From a virus (Duplodnaviria; Caudoviricetes), in the IMG/VR virus record IMGVR_UViG_3300045941_000468, positions 1-56,053 of that record: a stretch of DNA of 56,053 bases. One strand, written 5' to 3'. The position numbers were made by a program, and so were the translations under genes. Under the pieces are notes generated by a model that ran no database searches, was not told the origin of the DNA, and was given only the letters and a program-made list of their open reading frames with translations. This document shows positions 55,870 to 56,053 of the stretch, one piece after another (the stretch's first letter is position 1; every line of letters starts with the position of its first letter).

Positions 55870-56053
55870 ACGGACTGACCCCCGAGGCGATCACCCTGCT
55901 GCGGCAGGTGTGTGAGGACGCCGCTGGCGACGGCACCTGCACGCACAGCATGGCGCTGCGCGGCATGGCGGCGATCGACGCCCTGCCGCCCGCCCAGCCA
56001 GACTCCACGATCCAGTGCGGCATGGGCCGCTACACCCGGGGGCATTTCCGGCG
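55866..56053 (+). CDS. Hypothetical protein, 3'-truncated
   Basis: AAAGGACAACGACC leader; open to the window end. Confidence 0.55.
   Translation, partial: MNGLTPEAITLLRQVCEDAAGDGTCTHSMALRGMAAIDALPPAQPDSTIQCGMGRYTRGHFR

Larger units (their letters stand above)
1..56053. mobile_element. Temperate tailed phage genome segment (podovirus-like morphogenesis module, tyrosine integrase), apparently excised/attP form
   Basis: TerL, portal, scaffold, major capsid, adaptors, nozzle and ejection proteins are syntenic on the - strand. No tape-measure, tail-tube or sheath gene is seen. int-xis sits next to an att site with phage genes on both sides. No host housekeeping genes. Confidence 0.95.

Noticed and set aside
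55866-56053. Circular closure with base 1 (complete genome)
   Set aside because: No terminal overlap, and the last ORF does not read as the missing macrodomain N-terminus, so absent helicase, primase and lysin genes may lie outside the window

Overview
The whole window is a large part of a very GC-rich temperate tailed phage genome, apparently podovirus-like and in the non-integrated (attP-intact) configuration. No host genes are visible and the ends do not overlap. Left (+): a macrodomain gene, xis, an RHH gene, a tyrosine integrase, a complete phage tRNA-Thr(CGT) beside an attP whose core equals that tRNA's anticodon loop, a HAD phosphatase and a family-A DNA polymerase with an N-terminal family-4 uracil-DNA glycosylase. 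Centre (-, 7.6-45.7 kb): terminase, portal, scaffold, major capsid, adaptors, two paralogous adhesin-like proteins, nozzle, collagen tail fibre, GNAT and ejection proteins (one with a lytic transglycosylase). This block also has two effector-like virion proteins (ART-like, and DUF7178/HhH-like). Right: a run of Cys-rich microproteins (-), a 1.1-kb non-coding switch region and an early operon (+) starting with DUF932. The most notable signals are mostly non-coding: (i) a tRNA-replacement integration design; (ii) a 14-bp palindromic operator in 9 copies, with no CI-type repressor visible; (iii) a four-copy AGGGGGATC-T(A/G)GAC promoter class feeding leaderless mRNAs; (iv) two abutting inverted XerC/D dif-like sites. 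No helicase, primase or endolysin is recognisable. All family assignments are motif recognition by eye, without database searches.
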